Part shown: positions 19,406-29,842 of the stretch, one piece after another
Position numbering within the stretch: position 1 is the first letter of the stretch
Layout of the letters: each line of letters opens with the position of its first letter
Assembly (NCBI GenBank): GCA_038231455.1
Contig: JBBRLI010000011.1
Location: 1 to 64,000, forward strand
DNA length: 64,000 nucleotides
Direction: 5' to 3'
Source of the DNA: Vulcanimicrobiales bacterium
Lineage (GTDB): Bacteria; Vulcanimicrobiota; Vulcanimicrobiia; Vulcanimicrobiales; Vulcanimicrobiaceae
Notes under the pieces: generated by a model
What the model saw: only the letters and a program-made list of their open reading frames with translations
Told to the model about the DNA's origin: nothing
Databases searched by the model: none
Made by a program: the position numbers and the translations under genes

Positions 19406-20071
19406 CTAGTCGAAAAGGCTGTCTTGGCAGGCGTCCACGGGGGCGATGACCTTCGGGGCGTCGAGCCGGGTGCGGACGGCCTTGAGGTCTTCCCAAACCA
19501 GGCGTTTCATGGCGTTCAGCTCACCGCCGGTCTGCCGCAAGATGTACGCGGGGTGGAATGTGGCGATCAGCGCGATCCCGTCCGGGCCGTCGAACCACTG
19601 GCCGCGCTGCTTGGTGATCGAGAATTTGTCACCCATGAACGACTTTGCAGCCGGAGCGCCGAGTGCGAGGATGATCTCGGGCCGGATAATTGCGATCTGC
19701 TCGTCCAAATACGGACGGCAGTTCTTCATCTCGATCGGATCGGGCGGGCGGTTGCGCAATTTCTTTCCGCCGTCATCGAGCGTGGGTCGGCATTTGACGG
19801 TGTTGCAGATGAACACATCTTCGCGCGGCAGGTCGATCGCCGCGAGCATCTTCTCCAGCAGTTCGCCCGCGCGGCCGACAAATGGTCTTCCGAGCGCATC
19901 TTCCGTCTCGCCCGGACCCTCGCCCACAACCATCACCCGCGCGCACGGATCGCCTTCACCGAAAACACTCTTGGTGCGCGTCGAACCGATCTCGCATTTG
20001 CGACATGCGGCGACAACGGCTGCTTCGCGTTCGAGTTGACGCTCGCGCGAGGTGCGTTCCGCCAAACTCAC
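19406..20071 (-). CDS. uracil-DNA glycosylase, family 4
   Basis: CRKC, GEGPGETED..GRPFVGRAG, NTVKCRP, FHPAY. Confidence 0.93.
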   Translation of the reverse strand: MSLAERTSRERQLEREAAVVAACRKCEIGSTRTKSVFGEGDPCARVMVVGEGPGETEDALGRPFVGRAGELLEKMLAAIDLPREDVFICNTVKCRPTLDDGGKKLRNRPPDPIEMKNCRPYLDEQIAIIRPEIILALGAPAAKSFMGDKFSITKQRGQWFDGPDGIALIATFHPAYILRQTGGELNAMKRLVWEDLKAVRTRLDAPKVIAPVDACQDSLFD

Positions 20072-20421
20072 GCGGGCGCGGTTCCCGGCGTGGGTTCGAG
20101 CACGACGGCTTCACCGAATGCGAGCACGCGCGTCGTCCCGTCCGTCTGTTCGGATGCTTGGAATTGAAGCCCGATGATGCCGTTTGCGCCCATGCCTTCC
20201 GCTTTTGCGATCAGCATCGCAAGCGAATCGGTACGGGCGCGTTCCGCTTCGGTGAGATACTCCATCGGCGCAAGACCGATAAAGACGCCGATGCTGCGAA
20301 ACGTCGCCCGCAAAAGGTTGCGGGGACGCGTCGCGTGGCCGTACGCATAGCCGTACGACCGAACGACCCGATAGCCGTCGATCTTCTCGAACGTCACGAC
20401 GGCTTCGGGTGCCAGTGCCAT
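20068..20421 (-). CDS. YbjQ / UPF0145 family protein
   Basis: VTFEKIDGYRV..G, A..MGANGIIGL, VLAFGEAVVL; TGATG coupling to upstream gene. Confidence 0.8.
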   Translation of the reverse strand: MALAPEAVVTFEKIDGYRVVRSYGYAYGHATRPRNLLRATFRSIGVFIGLAPMEYLTEAERARTDSLAMLIAKAEGMGANGIIGLQFQASEQTDGTTRVLAFGEAVVLEPTPGTAPA

Positions 20422-21308
20422 CAGCGAAGAAACGCTCGTCGTGCGAGAAGGGCCGCACTTGCGGCGACTCCGACGTAAAGCGCGTAGCGCCCAATGAGGG
20501 CGGCGTTCAGCGCGGCATACCACGCGACCCCATGATGTTTGACCCAGTAGATGCGGCGCGATTTTTGCTTGCGCGCATCGACGCTATACTGGCCCTTCGC
20601 GCTGCCCATGCCTTCGTGAATCGCTTCGCTTTGCGGAACGTACCACGTCTCCCAGCCGGCATCGGCCGCGCGTTTCGCGTAGTCGACTTCTTCGTGATAG
20701 AGAAAGAACTGTTCGTCGAAGATGCCGATCTCATCCATCATCGTGCGCCGGATCGCAAGCGCGGCGCCGATCGCAATATCCACGCGACGCTCCGAGTTGT
20801 AATCCCACGATCGCAGTTCGGCGCCGTTTGCATACTTGCGGAAGGCGGGCCACTCACCCCAGGCACTCGACCGCAAATATGCGCCGACCCAGGTATCGAA
20901 TTCGCCACACGACTCTTGCACGCTGCCATCGTAATTATAGATCCGCGAGCCCGCGATTCCACAGCGCGGATGTCCGTCCATGAAGATCACCATGTTGGCG
21001 AGCGCACCGGCCTTGAGTTCGGCGTCGGGGTTGAGCAAGAACGCATAGTCCGAGGATGTTTTTACGAATGCACGATTGCAGGCCGCGGCAAATCCCAAGT
21101 TCGCGCCGTTCTCGACGATCTGTACGCGGCCGCCGTAGCGCTCGGTGATGAACTCCCGGCTGCCGTCCGAACTGCCATTATCGGAAACGACGACGTTTGC
21201 GAAGTGCGGATCGCGCTGCACTTCGGGTAGGGCAAAGACGGAATCGAGCGCCGTCGTGATTTTCTCGCGATCGTTCCAGCAAACCACAATGACATCGACG
21301 CGGCTCAT
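20421..21308 (-). CDS. GT2 glycosyltransferase (WbbL-like)
   Basis: DNGSSDGS, NLGFAAACN, LLNPD, FDEQFFLYHEEVD. Confidence 0.9.
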   Translation of the reverse strand: MSRVDVIVVCWNDREKITTALDSVFALPEVQRDPHFANVVVSDNGSSDGSREFITERYGGRVQIVENGANLGFAAACNRAFVKTSSDYAFLLNPDAELKAGALANMVIFMDGHPRCGIAGSRIYNYDGSVQESCGEFDTWVGAYLRSSAWGEWPAFRKYANGAELRSWDYNSERRVDIAIGAALAIRRTMMDEIGIFDEQFFLYHEEVDYAKRAADAGWETWYVPQSEAIHEGMGSAKGQYSVDARKQKSRRIYWVKHHGVAWYAALNAALIGRYALYVGVAASAALLARRAFLR

Positions 21309-22415
21309 GCCACACCCGTAAAGCGTTTTCGTTGCTGGAGATACGGCCAGATGAACTCATCGATGTCACCCTCGAGTATCGCGGCCGTGTTGCCGGACTC
21401 AACGCCCGTGCGATGATCTTTGACCATCTGGTACGGATTGAGCACGTACGAACGGATCTGCGAACCCCATTCGTTTGCGCGGCGTTCGCCGCGCAATTCC
21501 ATGAGCTTGGCCTCGCGTTCTTCGCGTTCGCGCTGGGCGAGTTTTGCACGCAAGATCGTCATCGCGACCTCGCGGTTCTGCAGCTGCGAGCGTTCTTGCT
21601 GCGAGGCCACGATGGTGTTGGTGGGCACGTGGATGATCCGAATTGCTGACTCAGTCTTGTTGACATACTGGCCACCGGCACCGCTGGCTTTGAACGTCTC
21701 GATGCGCAAATCTTCGGGCTTGAGCTCGGTCGTCACGTCATCGCCTTCGATCTCCGGAACGATGTCGATCGAGGCAAAGGACGTATGTCGACGGGCCGCC
21801 GCATCGAAGGGCGAAATGCGTACGAGGCGGTGCACGCCGCGTTCGCTCTCCAGCATCCCGTACGCGTTCTTACCGCGGATAAAAAACGTGATCGATTTGA
21901 GACCCGCTTCTTCGGCGAGCGACTCTTCGGTAACGTGCGCTTTGTAGCCGCGCTTCTCGGCCCAGCGCAAATACATGCGCGAGAGAATCTCGGTCCAATC
22001 CGCGGCATCCACGCCGCCGGCACCGGCATGGATCGTCACAATCGCACCATGCGAATCGTACGGCTGATCAAAGTTCGCCGCCATTTCGAGCGCGTCGAGA
22101 CCTTTGAATGCTTGTTCGATGAGGCGATCCACTTCATCGGATGCGCCCGCTTCATCGCCGAGGATCTCGATCGTCTCAGCGGCGTCGTCGAGCTGTTTGC
22201 CCACGGCGTCGAGTTCCTCGATCTCCGAACGCAGATCGGCGATCTGCTTCATCGTCACTTGCGCGCGCGCAGCGTCGGTCCAGAACTCATCCGAGCGCGA
22301 ACGTTCTTCGCGTTCCGCTAGCGAGCGCTGCTTTCCGGCATAGTCAAAGACGCCCCCGGAGCGTCACGAGCCGCTCGCGAGCGCGCGTAATTGCCGATAA
22401 CTGGGATTCACTCAT
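21305..22415 (-). CDS. prfB: peptide chain release factor 2 (programmed +1 frameshift at codon 23-24)
   Basis: SPF and GGQ motifs. Upstream frame MSESQLSAITRARERLVTLRGRL ends in CTT TGA C, then continues DYAGKQ..EFWTD in the +1 frame. Confidence 0.96.
22343..22358 (-). other. prfB frameshift cassette (internal SD GGGGG + CTT TGA C)
   Basis: Minus strand reads CGGGGGCGTCTTTGAC. Confidence 0.93.
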
Positions 22416-22448
22416 GAGGATTGTCGCTTTTCTCGGTCGCTATCTGCA

Positions 22449-22649
22449 TTAAAATGGGATCATCGTTCGCGGACCGTTCAAATACAAGATAACGGCAACG
22501 AGCAAACCGAGGCCGCCGACGCCCGCGAGCGCGATCATGCGCGTATCGCGCGTTTTTCGCTCGACGGAGGCGCGTAGCGCGCGAATCAACCCGACGACGA
22601 GCAACCCGATGCTTACGTAGAAGAGTCCCGCGACGAAACCTTCGTTCAC
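22449..22649 (-). CDS. small two-TM membrane protein
   Basis: GTG start just after the secA stop; two hydrophobic segments separated by a basic loop. Confidence 0.65.
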   Translation of the reverse strand: MNEGFVAGLFYVSIGLLVVGLIRALRASVERKTRDTRMIALAGVGGLGLLVAVILYLNGPRTMIPF

Positions 22650-22656
22650 GACGCGG

Positions 22657-25356
22657 CTACGATACCGCCGCGCCGTGACATTTCTTGTACTTCTTGCCCG
22701 AGCCGCACGGGCACACGTCGTTCCGGCCGACCTTGTCGGCGGCGATGACCGGCTTTGCCGGTTCTTGGTCGCCGCGATTGGTGTGGAGGTGCGTCGGTGT
22801 GCTCCCGGGCACGGGACCGAGCAACTTCTCGACGGTACGTTCATCCAAACGTGAGGGCTGCGGCGTCATCGCGCTTGAGGGGACGGTTTCGAATGCTGGC
22901 GCGAGTTGCTCGACGAGCGAGCCATTCGTGTAGCCGCCATTTTGCGGGCCGACCGGCGCAACTTCTTCAGGACCGGGGCCGAACTCACCCTGACCGTCGT
23001 CCGGATTCTGGAGTTCGATGCGCACGAGGAACGCCGCTTTGATCGCTTCGTCGGCGATGTTCGACTTGAGATCCTCGAAGATTTCGTACGCTTCTTTTTC
23101 GTACTCGACGCGCGGATCTTTTTGACCGTAGCCGCGCAGGCCGATGCCCGTCTTGAGCGCGTCCATCACATAGAGATGGTCGACCCACATGCGGTCGATG
23201 ATCGGCAGCATGATGTACTGCGCTTCAACGAAGCGCATGATCTCGGGCGTAACTTCGGCTTCTTTACGCTCGTAGGCGGCAACCGCGACGCGCTCGAGTT
23301 CTTCTTTCATTTCCTCGCGGTCGAGCTTCTCGAGGTCTTCTTCGCCGATGTCTTCGCGAATCGGGAAGACGAGTTCGAGTTCGTCGAGGATTGCCTCGAG
23401 ATCCCAGTCGCTAGCATGTTTCTCGGCCGAGGCGTTGGCTTCGACTGCGGTCTCGACTTTCGCGCGCAGCGTTTCGAGCATGAAGTCACGCATCGACTCG
23501 CCTTGGAGTACCGCGCGGCGATCCTTGTAGATGATCTCGCGCTGTTTGTTCATGACGTCGTCGTATTCGAGAACCTGTTTACGAATTTCGTAGTTGTGGT
23601 TCTCAACTTTGGACTGCGCGTTCTCAATCGAGCGCGAGAGGATCCCCGCTTCGATCGGCGTTTCGTCGGTGAACTTCACGAAATCCATCATCTTCTGGAT
23701 CCGTTCGGCCCCGAAAAGACGCATGAGTTCGTCATCGAGTGCGATGTAAAAGCGTGTCGAGCCCATATCGCCTTGACGGCCGGCGCGACCGCGCAGCTGA
23801 TTGTCGATGCGCCGCGATTCGTGACTCTCCGTACCGATGATATGCAGACCGCCGACTTCGGGGACACGCTCGCCGAGTTTGATATCGACGCCGCGACCGG
23901 CCATGTTGGTCGCGATCGTCACGGCGCCGTACAGACCGGCATCCTTGATGATCTGCGCTTCCTGTTCGTGATACTTCGCGTTGAGCACGCTGCACTCGAC
24001 GCCTTTACGGCGCAAGAGCGCGGCGAGGCGCTCCGACTTCTCGATCGAGCGTGTTCCGACGAGAACCGGGCGGCCGGTCTTGTTCTCGGCGACGATTTCA
24101 TCGACAACCGCATCGAACTTCGCCTTCTCCGTGCGATACACGATGTCGGGCATGTCTTTACGCGCGATCGGCCGGTTCGTAGGCATTACGACAACGTCGA
24201 GCCCGTAGATATCGCGGAATTCGCGCTCTTCGGTTTTTGCGGTACCCGTCATCCCGGCGAGCTTGTCGTACAAGCGGAAGTAATTCTGGAACGTAATCGT
24301 CGCGAGCGTTTGGTCTTCGCTGCGAACGGCAATGCCTTCTTTTGCCTCGATCGCCTGATGGATGCCATCGGAGTAGCGGCGGCCTTGCATGAGGCGGCCA
24401 GTGAATTCATCGACGATGATCACTTCACCATCTTTGACAATATACTGCTGATCGCGATGGAACAGATGCCAGGCCTTGAGCGCGGCATTCAGTTGATGCG
24501 TCAGTTCGAGGTTGCGCTGATCGTAGAGATTGCTGACGCCGAGCATCTTTTCGACTTTTGCGACGCCGTCTTCCGTAATCGGAACGGCGTGCGCTTTTTC
24601 ATCAACGGTAAAATCGGTGTCTTTGACCAAGCGCGGAATGACTTGCGCAAATTTTCCGTAGAGTTCGGTCGCGTCGGTTCCCTGACCGCTGATGATGAGC
24701 GGCGTGCGCGCCTCGTCGATGAGGATCGAGTCGACTTCATCGACGATCGCAAAGCTCAGGTGACGCTGCACCATGTCTTCAAGCCGCCACGCCATATTAT
24801 CGCGCAAGTAGTCGAAACCGACTTCGTTGTTCGTGACGTAGGTGATATCGGAATCGTATGCGGCTCGGCGCGCGGCGGAATCTAAATCGTGCTGGATCAC
24901 GCCCACGGTCATGCCGAGAAATTCATACAGCGGCGACATCCATTCGGCGTCGCGACGTGCGAGATAATCGTTGACGGTAACGACGTGGACGCCTTTCCCC
25001 GTGAGGGCATTGGCATAGGTCGCAAGCGTCCCGACGAGCGTCTTGCCTTCGCCGGTTTTCATCTCGGCGACTTTGCCTTCGTGCAGCGCCTGGCCGCCCA
25101 TGATCTGCACGTCGAAGTGACGCATGCTCATGATGCGCTTGCCCGCCTCGCGGCAAACGGCGAAGACTTCGGGCAGCATCGCATCGAGCGATTCACCCGC
25201 GGCAAGACGTTCCTTAAACTCCGGCGTTTTGGCCTTGAGCTGGTCGTCGGAGAGCGCCGAAATCGCCGGCTCGAGCGCGTTCACGCGTTCGGCGGTTTTC
25301 CGGAGTCGGGCAACTTCGCGTTCGTTGCCATCAAAGAGCGTCTTAAGAAAAGCCAT
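22657..25356 (-). CDS. secA: preprotein translocase ATPase SecA
   Basis: [54 protein letters not shown]-terminal [18 protein letters not shown]. Confidence 0.98.
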   Translation of the reverse strand: MAFLKTLFDGNEREVARLRKTAERVNALEPAISALSDDQLKAKTPEFKERLAAGESLDAMLPEVFAVCREAGKRIMSMRHFDVQIMGGQALHEGKVAEMKTGEGKTLVGTLATYANALTGKGVHVVTVNDYLARRDAEWMSPLYEFLGMTVGVIQHDLDSAARRAAYDSDITYVTNNEVGFDYLRDNMAWRLEDMVQRHLSFAIVDEVDSILIDEARTPLIISGQGTDATELYGKFAQVIPRLVKDTDFTVDEKAHAVPITEDGVAKVEKMLGVSNLYDQRNLELTHQLNAALKAWHLFHRDQQYIVKDGEVIIVDEFTGRLMQGRRYSDGIHQAIEAKEGIAVRSEDQTLATITFQNYFRLYDKLAGMTGTAKTEEREFRDIYGLDVVVMPTNRPIARKDMPDIVYRTEKAKFDAVVDEIVAENKTGRPVLVGTRSIEKSERLAALLRRKGVECSVLNAKYHEQEAQIIKDAGLYGAVTIATNMAGRGVDIKLGERVPEVGGLHIIGTESHESRRIDNQLRGRAGRQGDMGSTRFYIALDDELMRLFGAERIQKMMDFVKFTDETPIEAGILSRSIENAQSKVENHNYEIRKQVLEYDDVMNKQREIIYKDRRAVLQGESMRDFMLETLRAKVETAVEANASAEKHASDWDLEAILDELELVFPIREDIGEEDLEKLDREEMKEELERVAVAAYERKEAEVTPEIMRFVEAQYIMLPIIDRMWVDHLYVMDALKTGIGLRGYGQKDPRVEYEKEAYEIFEDLKSNIADEAIKAAFLVRIELQNPDDGQGEFGPGPEEVAPVGPQNGGYTNGSLVEQLAPAFETVPSSAMTPQPSRLDERTVEKLLGPVPGSTPTHLHTNRGDQEPAKPVIAADKVGRNDVCPCGSGKKYKKCHGAAVS

Positions 25357-25403
25357 ATATAACTCTAACCGTTCGCTGGAGGCGGTGGTTCCTCTTGGGC
25401 ATG

Positions 25404-25435
25404 AAGAAGGGCGGACCGGTCGTCCGCCCTTTTCT
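25404..25435. terminator. intrinsic terminator-like hairpin
   Basis: AAGGGCGGAC-CGGTC-GTCCGCCCTT with short pyrimidine tails on both strands, downstream of the 71-aa gene. Confidence 0.7.
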
Positions 25436-25455
25436 ACCCAGTTTTGGGAGCGAGG

Positions 25456-25671
25456 TTACTTGGACATCGGGGCGCCGGCTGTGGCGGGCGCGGACGACGT
25501 CGTGGCGTCGATTCCCGGACCCGAGAGGTCCTTCGGCGTGATGCCGGACTTGTTCATGAAGAAGAATATCAGGACGACGAGGATCGCAAGGACGATAGCA
25601 ATCCCGCCGAACGTGCGGGCCTCGGCGTTCGCGCGGCTCTGGGAGTCGGTGTTGACGATCTGACGGCTCAC
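25456..25671 (-). CDS. small single-TM protein
   Basis: 71 aa, one strong TM segment, followed by a terminator hairpin. Confidence 0.65.
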   Translation of the reverse strand: MSRQIVNTDSQSRANAEARTFGGIAIVLAILVVLIFFFMNKSGITPKDLSGPGIDATTSSAPATAGAPMSK

Positions 25672-25689
25672 GGTCTCAAGTTCCCCTTA

Positions 25690-25731
25690 CAGTAGTGTGG
25701 TGCCCGGTTTCAGTAGTGTGGTGCCCGGTTT
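25690..25731. repeat. perfect 21-bp tandem duplication
   Basis: CAGTAGTGTGGTGCCCGGTTT x2. Confidence 0.95.
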
Positions 25732-25915
25732 CGGACCGACCCTAGTGCGTCCATGAAGCGGCCGTTCCCTCCGTTGCTGTTGGGCAAGCGGCCGCTTGAA
25801 TTCGAGCGCGGCCGCCTTTGCCTCTTGAAAAGAATAGGGATAATTTTATAAGCCCCCTTTGTTTCGGCCAACCTATCGACCTTACACAGGGTGTTCTCGG
25901 ATAGAGAGGTTCTGA

Positions 25916-25941
25916 ATCGCCACGTTATATCGCCACGTTAT
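25916..25941. repeat. perfect 13-bp tandem duplication
   Basis: ATCGCCACGTTAT x2. Confidence 0.92.
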
Positions 25942-26074
25942 ACGGATTGCGCGCTAAGCCCGCCCATGAAATTTCGGCAATCTTCCGCGCTTTAAGGTTT
26001 GTTTGCAAGCTGTTACAAACACAGGGCAACGGCTCTTCGAGCGCTTGACCTCAGTGACGGGCTGATCGGTTTTC

Positions 26075-26734
26075 CTACTCGATAACCTGCACAGTTACTT
26101 CAGTTGCTTCGTCCAGACGTAGCGGATGAATGATAAGGACGTAACCGTCTCCAGGCTTCGGCTCTGGCAAGGCCCTGCTTTGAATTCGCGCACGTAAGCG
26201 TAAAGCTGCGCGATTGGCGTCTTCCAGCGATGCGTAAGTATTGCTTGTATCTTCGAAATTCGGGCCGGAAACGACGACCACAAATTTCTTGCTTAAGATC
26301 GGGTCGCGAGCGTTGTCACCGTTATTGGAGTCGGATGAAATGCACGCTTGACTGAGTTCGGATAATATATCGAGGATATCAATTGACAAATTACGCGCAG
26401 CGCGCACCAGAAAATCTTTTTCAGAAAATTCAAATGCCGCTCGAACGAGATCAATAAGTGCGATCGATCCAGCGCTACGGTTTTCTGCGTGAATCGACGA
26501 CAACGTCATAATTTCTGCAATCTTACCAATGTCGGTCCGCTTCTCTATGGACTGATCCTGTAAGACGCTATCGGCGAACGAGTCGATTGCGGAATTTAGC
26601 TCTGAATTTGCCGTGACACAATATTTCAGAATTAGAACAAACAGGAGAGTCGGCGAAAGTTGAAGCCCGCGCTTATCGATAACAATTGTCGCTTCTGCAA
26701 GCGCCTCGCTCGCTTCTTTCCCGAGCAATATCAA
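26075..26734 (-). CDS. hypothetical protein in low-GC islet
   Basis: 219-aa ORF starting right after the upstream stop; AT-rich codons; start uncertain. Confidence 0.55.
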   Translation of the reverse strand: MILLGKEASEALAEATIVIDKRGLQLSPTLLFVLILKYCVTANSELNSAIDSFADSVLQDQSIEKRTDIGKIAEIMTLSSIHAENRSAGSIALIDLVRAAFEFSEKDFLVRAARNLSIDILDILSELSQACISSDSNNGDNARDPILSKKFVVVVSGPNFEDTSNTYASLEDANRAALRLRARIQSRALPEPKPGDGYVLIIHPLRLDEATEVTVQVIE

Positions 26735-27478
26735 CTAAATTCCCACACTCAAGCCGCCACCCCGAAAAGTACAGCCTAGTTGGTCCGGAAGCTCTTTAAA
26801 GCACACCTGTAAATTAGTAAAAACTGAAGGTGGCCCCTCAGCTTCAATTACTAACTCTTCGCCTGGGAGACGTGGCCTACCAGACCCAATCAAGCGCCCT
26901 CCATTGGAGGCGAAAAAATACGCGTTCCAAAACCAATCCGGGCCTTTTGGATTCGGTACGATCGGCGCTAGGCAGGTCAAAAGATAGGCGCTTCCGGTAT
27001 AACTGTAAACTCCACCGGAGCAAGGCCCGTAAACTAGGGAGGCATACTTATATCCGAACGCTCCTACTGGGTCGAAGCACGCTAAAAAATATGCATCGTA
27101 GGAAAGCCCGAAGAATGGACATGAATTTACCGCCGAATCAACACCGCCCAGGTCTGACGGACTGGAGCTTGTAATTATCGGATTCCAAACGCAGTCCGGA
27201 CATGGGTCTACGTAGGGAGGGCAGTCGAAGCCGGGAGTACACTGCCGTACAAAATCCGGCAATGGACCTGACCCAGCTGGCCTGACTAGATCAGAACTCC
27301 GAGAAATATTTTTTTTGGCTTCCCGGAGGCCGGGCATCGCGTGTAGCGGTATTGTGCCAACTTCTCCGGCTGCGAGATGAATTGGCGGGCTTTGCCCCTT
27401 CGGCAGCGACGAGTTACCACTACACGCAGTAAGCGTCAAACTTGCGAAGAGGATCGCTCCAATTAAAAAAGATCGCAA
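26735..27478 (-). CDS. Cys-rich putative lipoprotein in low-GC islet
   Basis: MRSFLIGAILFASLTLTA-C lipobox; GGAG 7 nt before TTG; CTPGFDCPPYVDPCPDC cluster. Confidence 0.7.
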   Translation of the reverse strand: MRSFLIGAILFASLTLTACSGNSSLPKGQSPPIHLAAGEVGTIPLHAMPGLREAKKNISRSSDLVRPAGSGPLPDFVRQCTPGFDCPPYVDPCPDCVWNPIITSSSPSDLGGVDSAVNSCPFFGLSYDAYFLACFDPVGAFGYKYASLVYGPCSGGVYSYTGSAYLLTCLAPIVPNPKGPDWFWNAYFFASNGGRLIGSGRPRLPGEELVIEAEGPPSVFTNLQVCFKELPDQLGCTFRGGGLSVGI

Positions 27479-27605
27479 GGTCCATCTCCACCCATAAGAC
27501 TCCTGAGGAGCAAAAAATTTAACCGCTGCTTTTAAAAAGCCTTGTCCTCTGGTTGCACTGTGACCGATGCCTGTTTGTCACGGCAGCTGCTGGAAATCAG
27601 AATGC

Positions 27606-28433
27606 CTACGGATCGATGAGCACTTTCGCCGGTCGGTTCAAGTCGACGGAGGCGACTCGCGCCTCGATTTGCCCGACGGTGAGGAACGTATACCCGGCTT
27701 TCCGGAAACGATCGACGATCGTCGGGAGCATGGCCATCGTTGCCTGGCGGCCATTATGGAGCAAGAGCACCTCAGGCGCCGTCGCGTGCTTGAGGATGTG
27801 CTCGGCGATCTGGCTTGGCGGCACCGGTCGCCAGTCGCCCGGGTCATCTGTCCAGAGAATCGTGTCGTACCCCGCGGCGCGCGCCGTTACGAGCGTCTCT
27901 TCGGTGAAGCGTCCGTGCGGCGGGCGGAACATCGTCGTGATAGCGGGATCGTGAACGAGCCCGGCGAGCGTCGCGGCGCCACCGGCGAGTTCGCGTCGTA
28001 CGCCCTCGGGCGGGAGCTGATCCATGTTGGGATGGGTCATCGTGTGGTTGCCGATCTCGTTGCCGCCCGCTTCGATGCGACGGGTAAGATCGGGCCACGC
28101 TTGTGCATCGCGTCCGATGAGGAAAAACGTAGCGGGAACGTGCAGCGCCGCGAGTTCATCGAGTAGGAGCGGCGTGTCGACCGGATAGGGACCGTCATCG
28201 AACGTCAGCGCGATGTATTTCGCACGTTCGTTGCGGCCGGGGCTCGAGCGATCGTCGAGCAGCCGACCGATACGCGCGTCGATGGCAGGTGAGGTCGCGC
28301 GGTGAATGTCGGTCGATTTCCGTACCAGCGCTGGCTCACCCAGGACCGTCGATTTTTTGTACAGATGAGCGGAAAAAACGCCGACACCGACCAGGAACGC
28401 GAGGACGAGAACGAGCGCGATCGGACGCCACAC
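27606..28433 (-). CDS. polysaccharide deacetylase (NodB/CE4)
   Basis: ALTFDDGP, GNHTMTH, FRPPHG, LLLH; N-terminal TM. Confidence 0.92.
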   Translation of the reverse strand: MWRPIALVLVLAFLVGVGVFSAHLYKKSTVLGEPALVRKSTDIHRATSPAIDARIGRLLDDRSSPGRNERAKYIALTFDDGPYPVDTPLLLDELAALHVPATFFLIGRDAQAWPDLTRRIEAGGNEIGNHTMTHPNMDQLPPEGVRRELAGGAATLAGLVHDPAITTMFRPPHGRFTEETLVTARAAGYDTILWTDDPGDWRPVPPSQIAEHILKHATAPEVLLLHNGRQATMAMLPTIVDRFRKAGYTFLTVGQIEARVASVDLNRPAKVLIDP

Positions 28434-29842
28434 TACGGCGTCTTGACCGCTTTCGGACTGGCTGCGGCTCCGCTCATGTGTGCGACGTAGTCACGCCCGA
28501 CGATGACCGTGACGTCGGAGGTGTGTTTGCTCAGTGCCGATGTCGTGGTGGTCGATGCGATCGTCGTGGCGGTACCGGTCGGCTGCGGATCCGGCGCAAT
28601 TTGCGCCCCGGGAAACTTCATCTCTTCCCGGACGCGTTCGCCAAGGCCGGCGATCGGCGCGTGCGTGTGAATTTCCGTTGTCTCATACCCGAACGACGCA
28701 GCGTTGCCGACGGTTCCGACTTTGAAGCCCTTCTTCGTCAGCTCCGCGGCCATCTTACCGCCGAGTCCCGGTTCGCCGCTGCCGTTCTCGACATCGACGC
28801 GGATCTTCGCCGGTGCGATCGGCGCGGCGGCGATGACCGGAGGCGGCGTCACATTGGCGTATGTGCCGGTGAAATCAGCGACGAGCTTCGCGCGCCCGAC
28901 TTCATCGGGTATCAGCAAATTGCCGGCATACGCCGTATCTTTATCGCCCGTAAACGGCACCTGTTCGGCTTTGAAATCGGCAAGGTTGACGTTCGAGAAA
29001 TCGTTCGCAAGGCTCACGATCTCATCGCTCGAGAGGTTCGTTACGACGTTCTTCTGCACGATCGGAATGAGCTGCGTGATGTGCGCGAGATCGTTGAGTT
29101 TATCGTCCTTAAGTTTTTTGACGATGATCTTCATGACTTGCTGTTGGCGTTTGATGCGGCACGGATCGCTGCACGCATCGTGCCGGAAGCGCGCGTACGA
29201 AATCGCCTGCTCGCCGTCCATGTGGGTCATACCCGGCTTGAAATGGATGTGCAGATGCCCCCAGCTGTCGTCATAATTGAGGGTCTCGGTTACCGGTACG
29301 TCGATTCCGCCAATCGCGTCGACCACGGCCTTGGCAGCATTCACTTTGAGTACGACGTAGCGATCGAAATAGGTGTCCGTCGTCGACTTCGGCATGCCGA
29401 GCCAATCGCCGATGACCGAGTCCGCCATCTTCGTCCCGCCTGCAGCATACGCACCGTTGATCTTGTCTTCGTGCCCGCCAAATCGGGCGGCCATGTCGCG
29501 CGGGATCGAAATCAACTTGACGGCGTGCGTCGTAAAATCGAGGCCCGCAACCATGATGGTATCGCTACGCGCACCGGCCGAATACTCTTGGTCCTTGTTA
29601 TCGTAGTTGTAGTCGATGCCCAGGATCATGAGATACAGGCGGTTCTTGCCAAACTTCGATTCCGCCGATGGAACGAAGAGCGAGACCGTCGTGCTGAGCA
29701 TATTGCGATGCATCGCATTCGATCTCACGGCGATGAACGCGGTCGCGATGCAAAAGAGCGCAAGTAACGAAAGTATGACGATCGGGAGGACGCCAAGCCG
29801 TCTGCGCGACGAAGCTTCCACGGGCGCTAAGTGCTTGCTCAC
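28433..29842 (-). CDS. LCP (LytR-CpsA-Psr) protein with LytR_C domain
   Basis: RSDTIMV, SIPRD, KINGAY, YARFRH..D..RIKRQQ; C-terminal VENGSGEPGLG. Confidence 0.92.
   Translation of the reverse strand: MSKHLAPVEASSRRRLGVLPIVILSLLALFCIATAFIAVRSNAMHRNMLSTTVSLFVPSAESKFGKNRLYLMILGIDYNYDNKDQEYSAGARSDTIMVAGLDFTTHAVKLISIPRDMAARFGGHEDKINGAYAAGGTKMADSVIGDWLGMPKSTTDTYFDRYVVLKVNAAKAVVDAIGGIDVPVTETLNYDDSWGHLHIHFKPGMTHMDGEQAISYARFRHDACSDPCRIKRQQQVMKIIVKKLKDDKLNDLAHITQLIPIVQKNVVTNLSSDEIVSLANDFSNVNLADFKAEQVPFTGDKDTAYAGNLLIPDEVGRAKLVADFTGTYANVTPPPVIAAAPIAPAKIRVDVENGSGEPGLGGKMAAELTKKGFKVGTVGNAASFGYETTEIHTHAPIAGLGERVREEMKFPGAQIAPDPQPTGTATTIASTTTTSALSKHTSDVTVIVGRDYVAHMSGAAASPKAVKTP

Noticed and set aside
22906-24885. 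659-aa plus-strand ORF, and similar long antisense ORFs over ppdK, glyQS, LCP and the receptors
   Set aside because: Antisense shadows of well-supported genes, expected from high-GC codon bias; no recognisable motifs.
25456-25671. SecM/MifM-like arrest leader upstream of secA
   Set aside because: No RAGP/RAPP-type motif, a terminator intervenes, and secA appears to have its own -10 box 5 nt before its ATG.
25690-25941. CRISPR array
   Set aside because: Only two abutting units per repeat, no spacers, no cas genes.
26015-26070. c-di-GMP-I riboswitch (CACAGGGCAA resemblance)
   Set aside because: The GAAA tetraloop stem and downstream conserved elements are missing.
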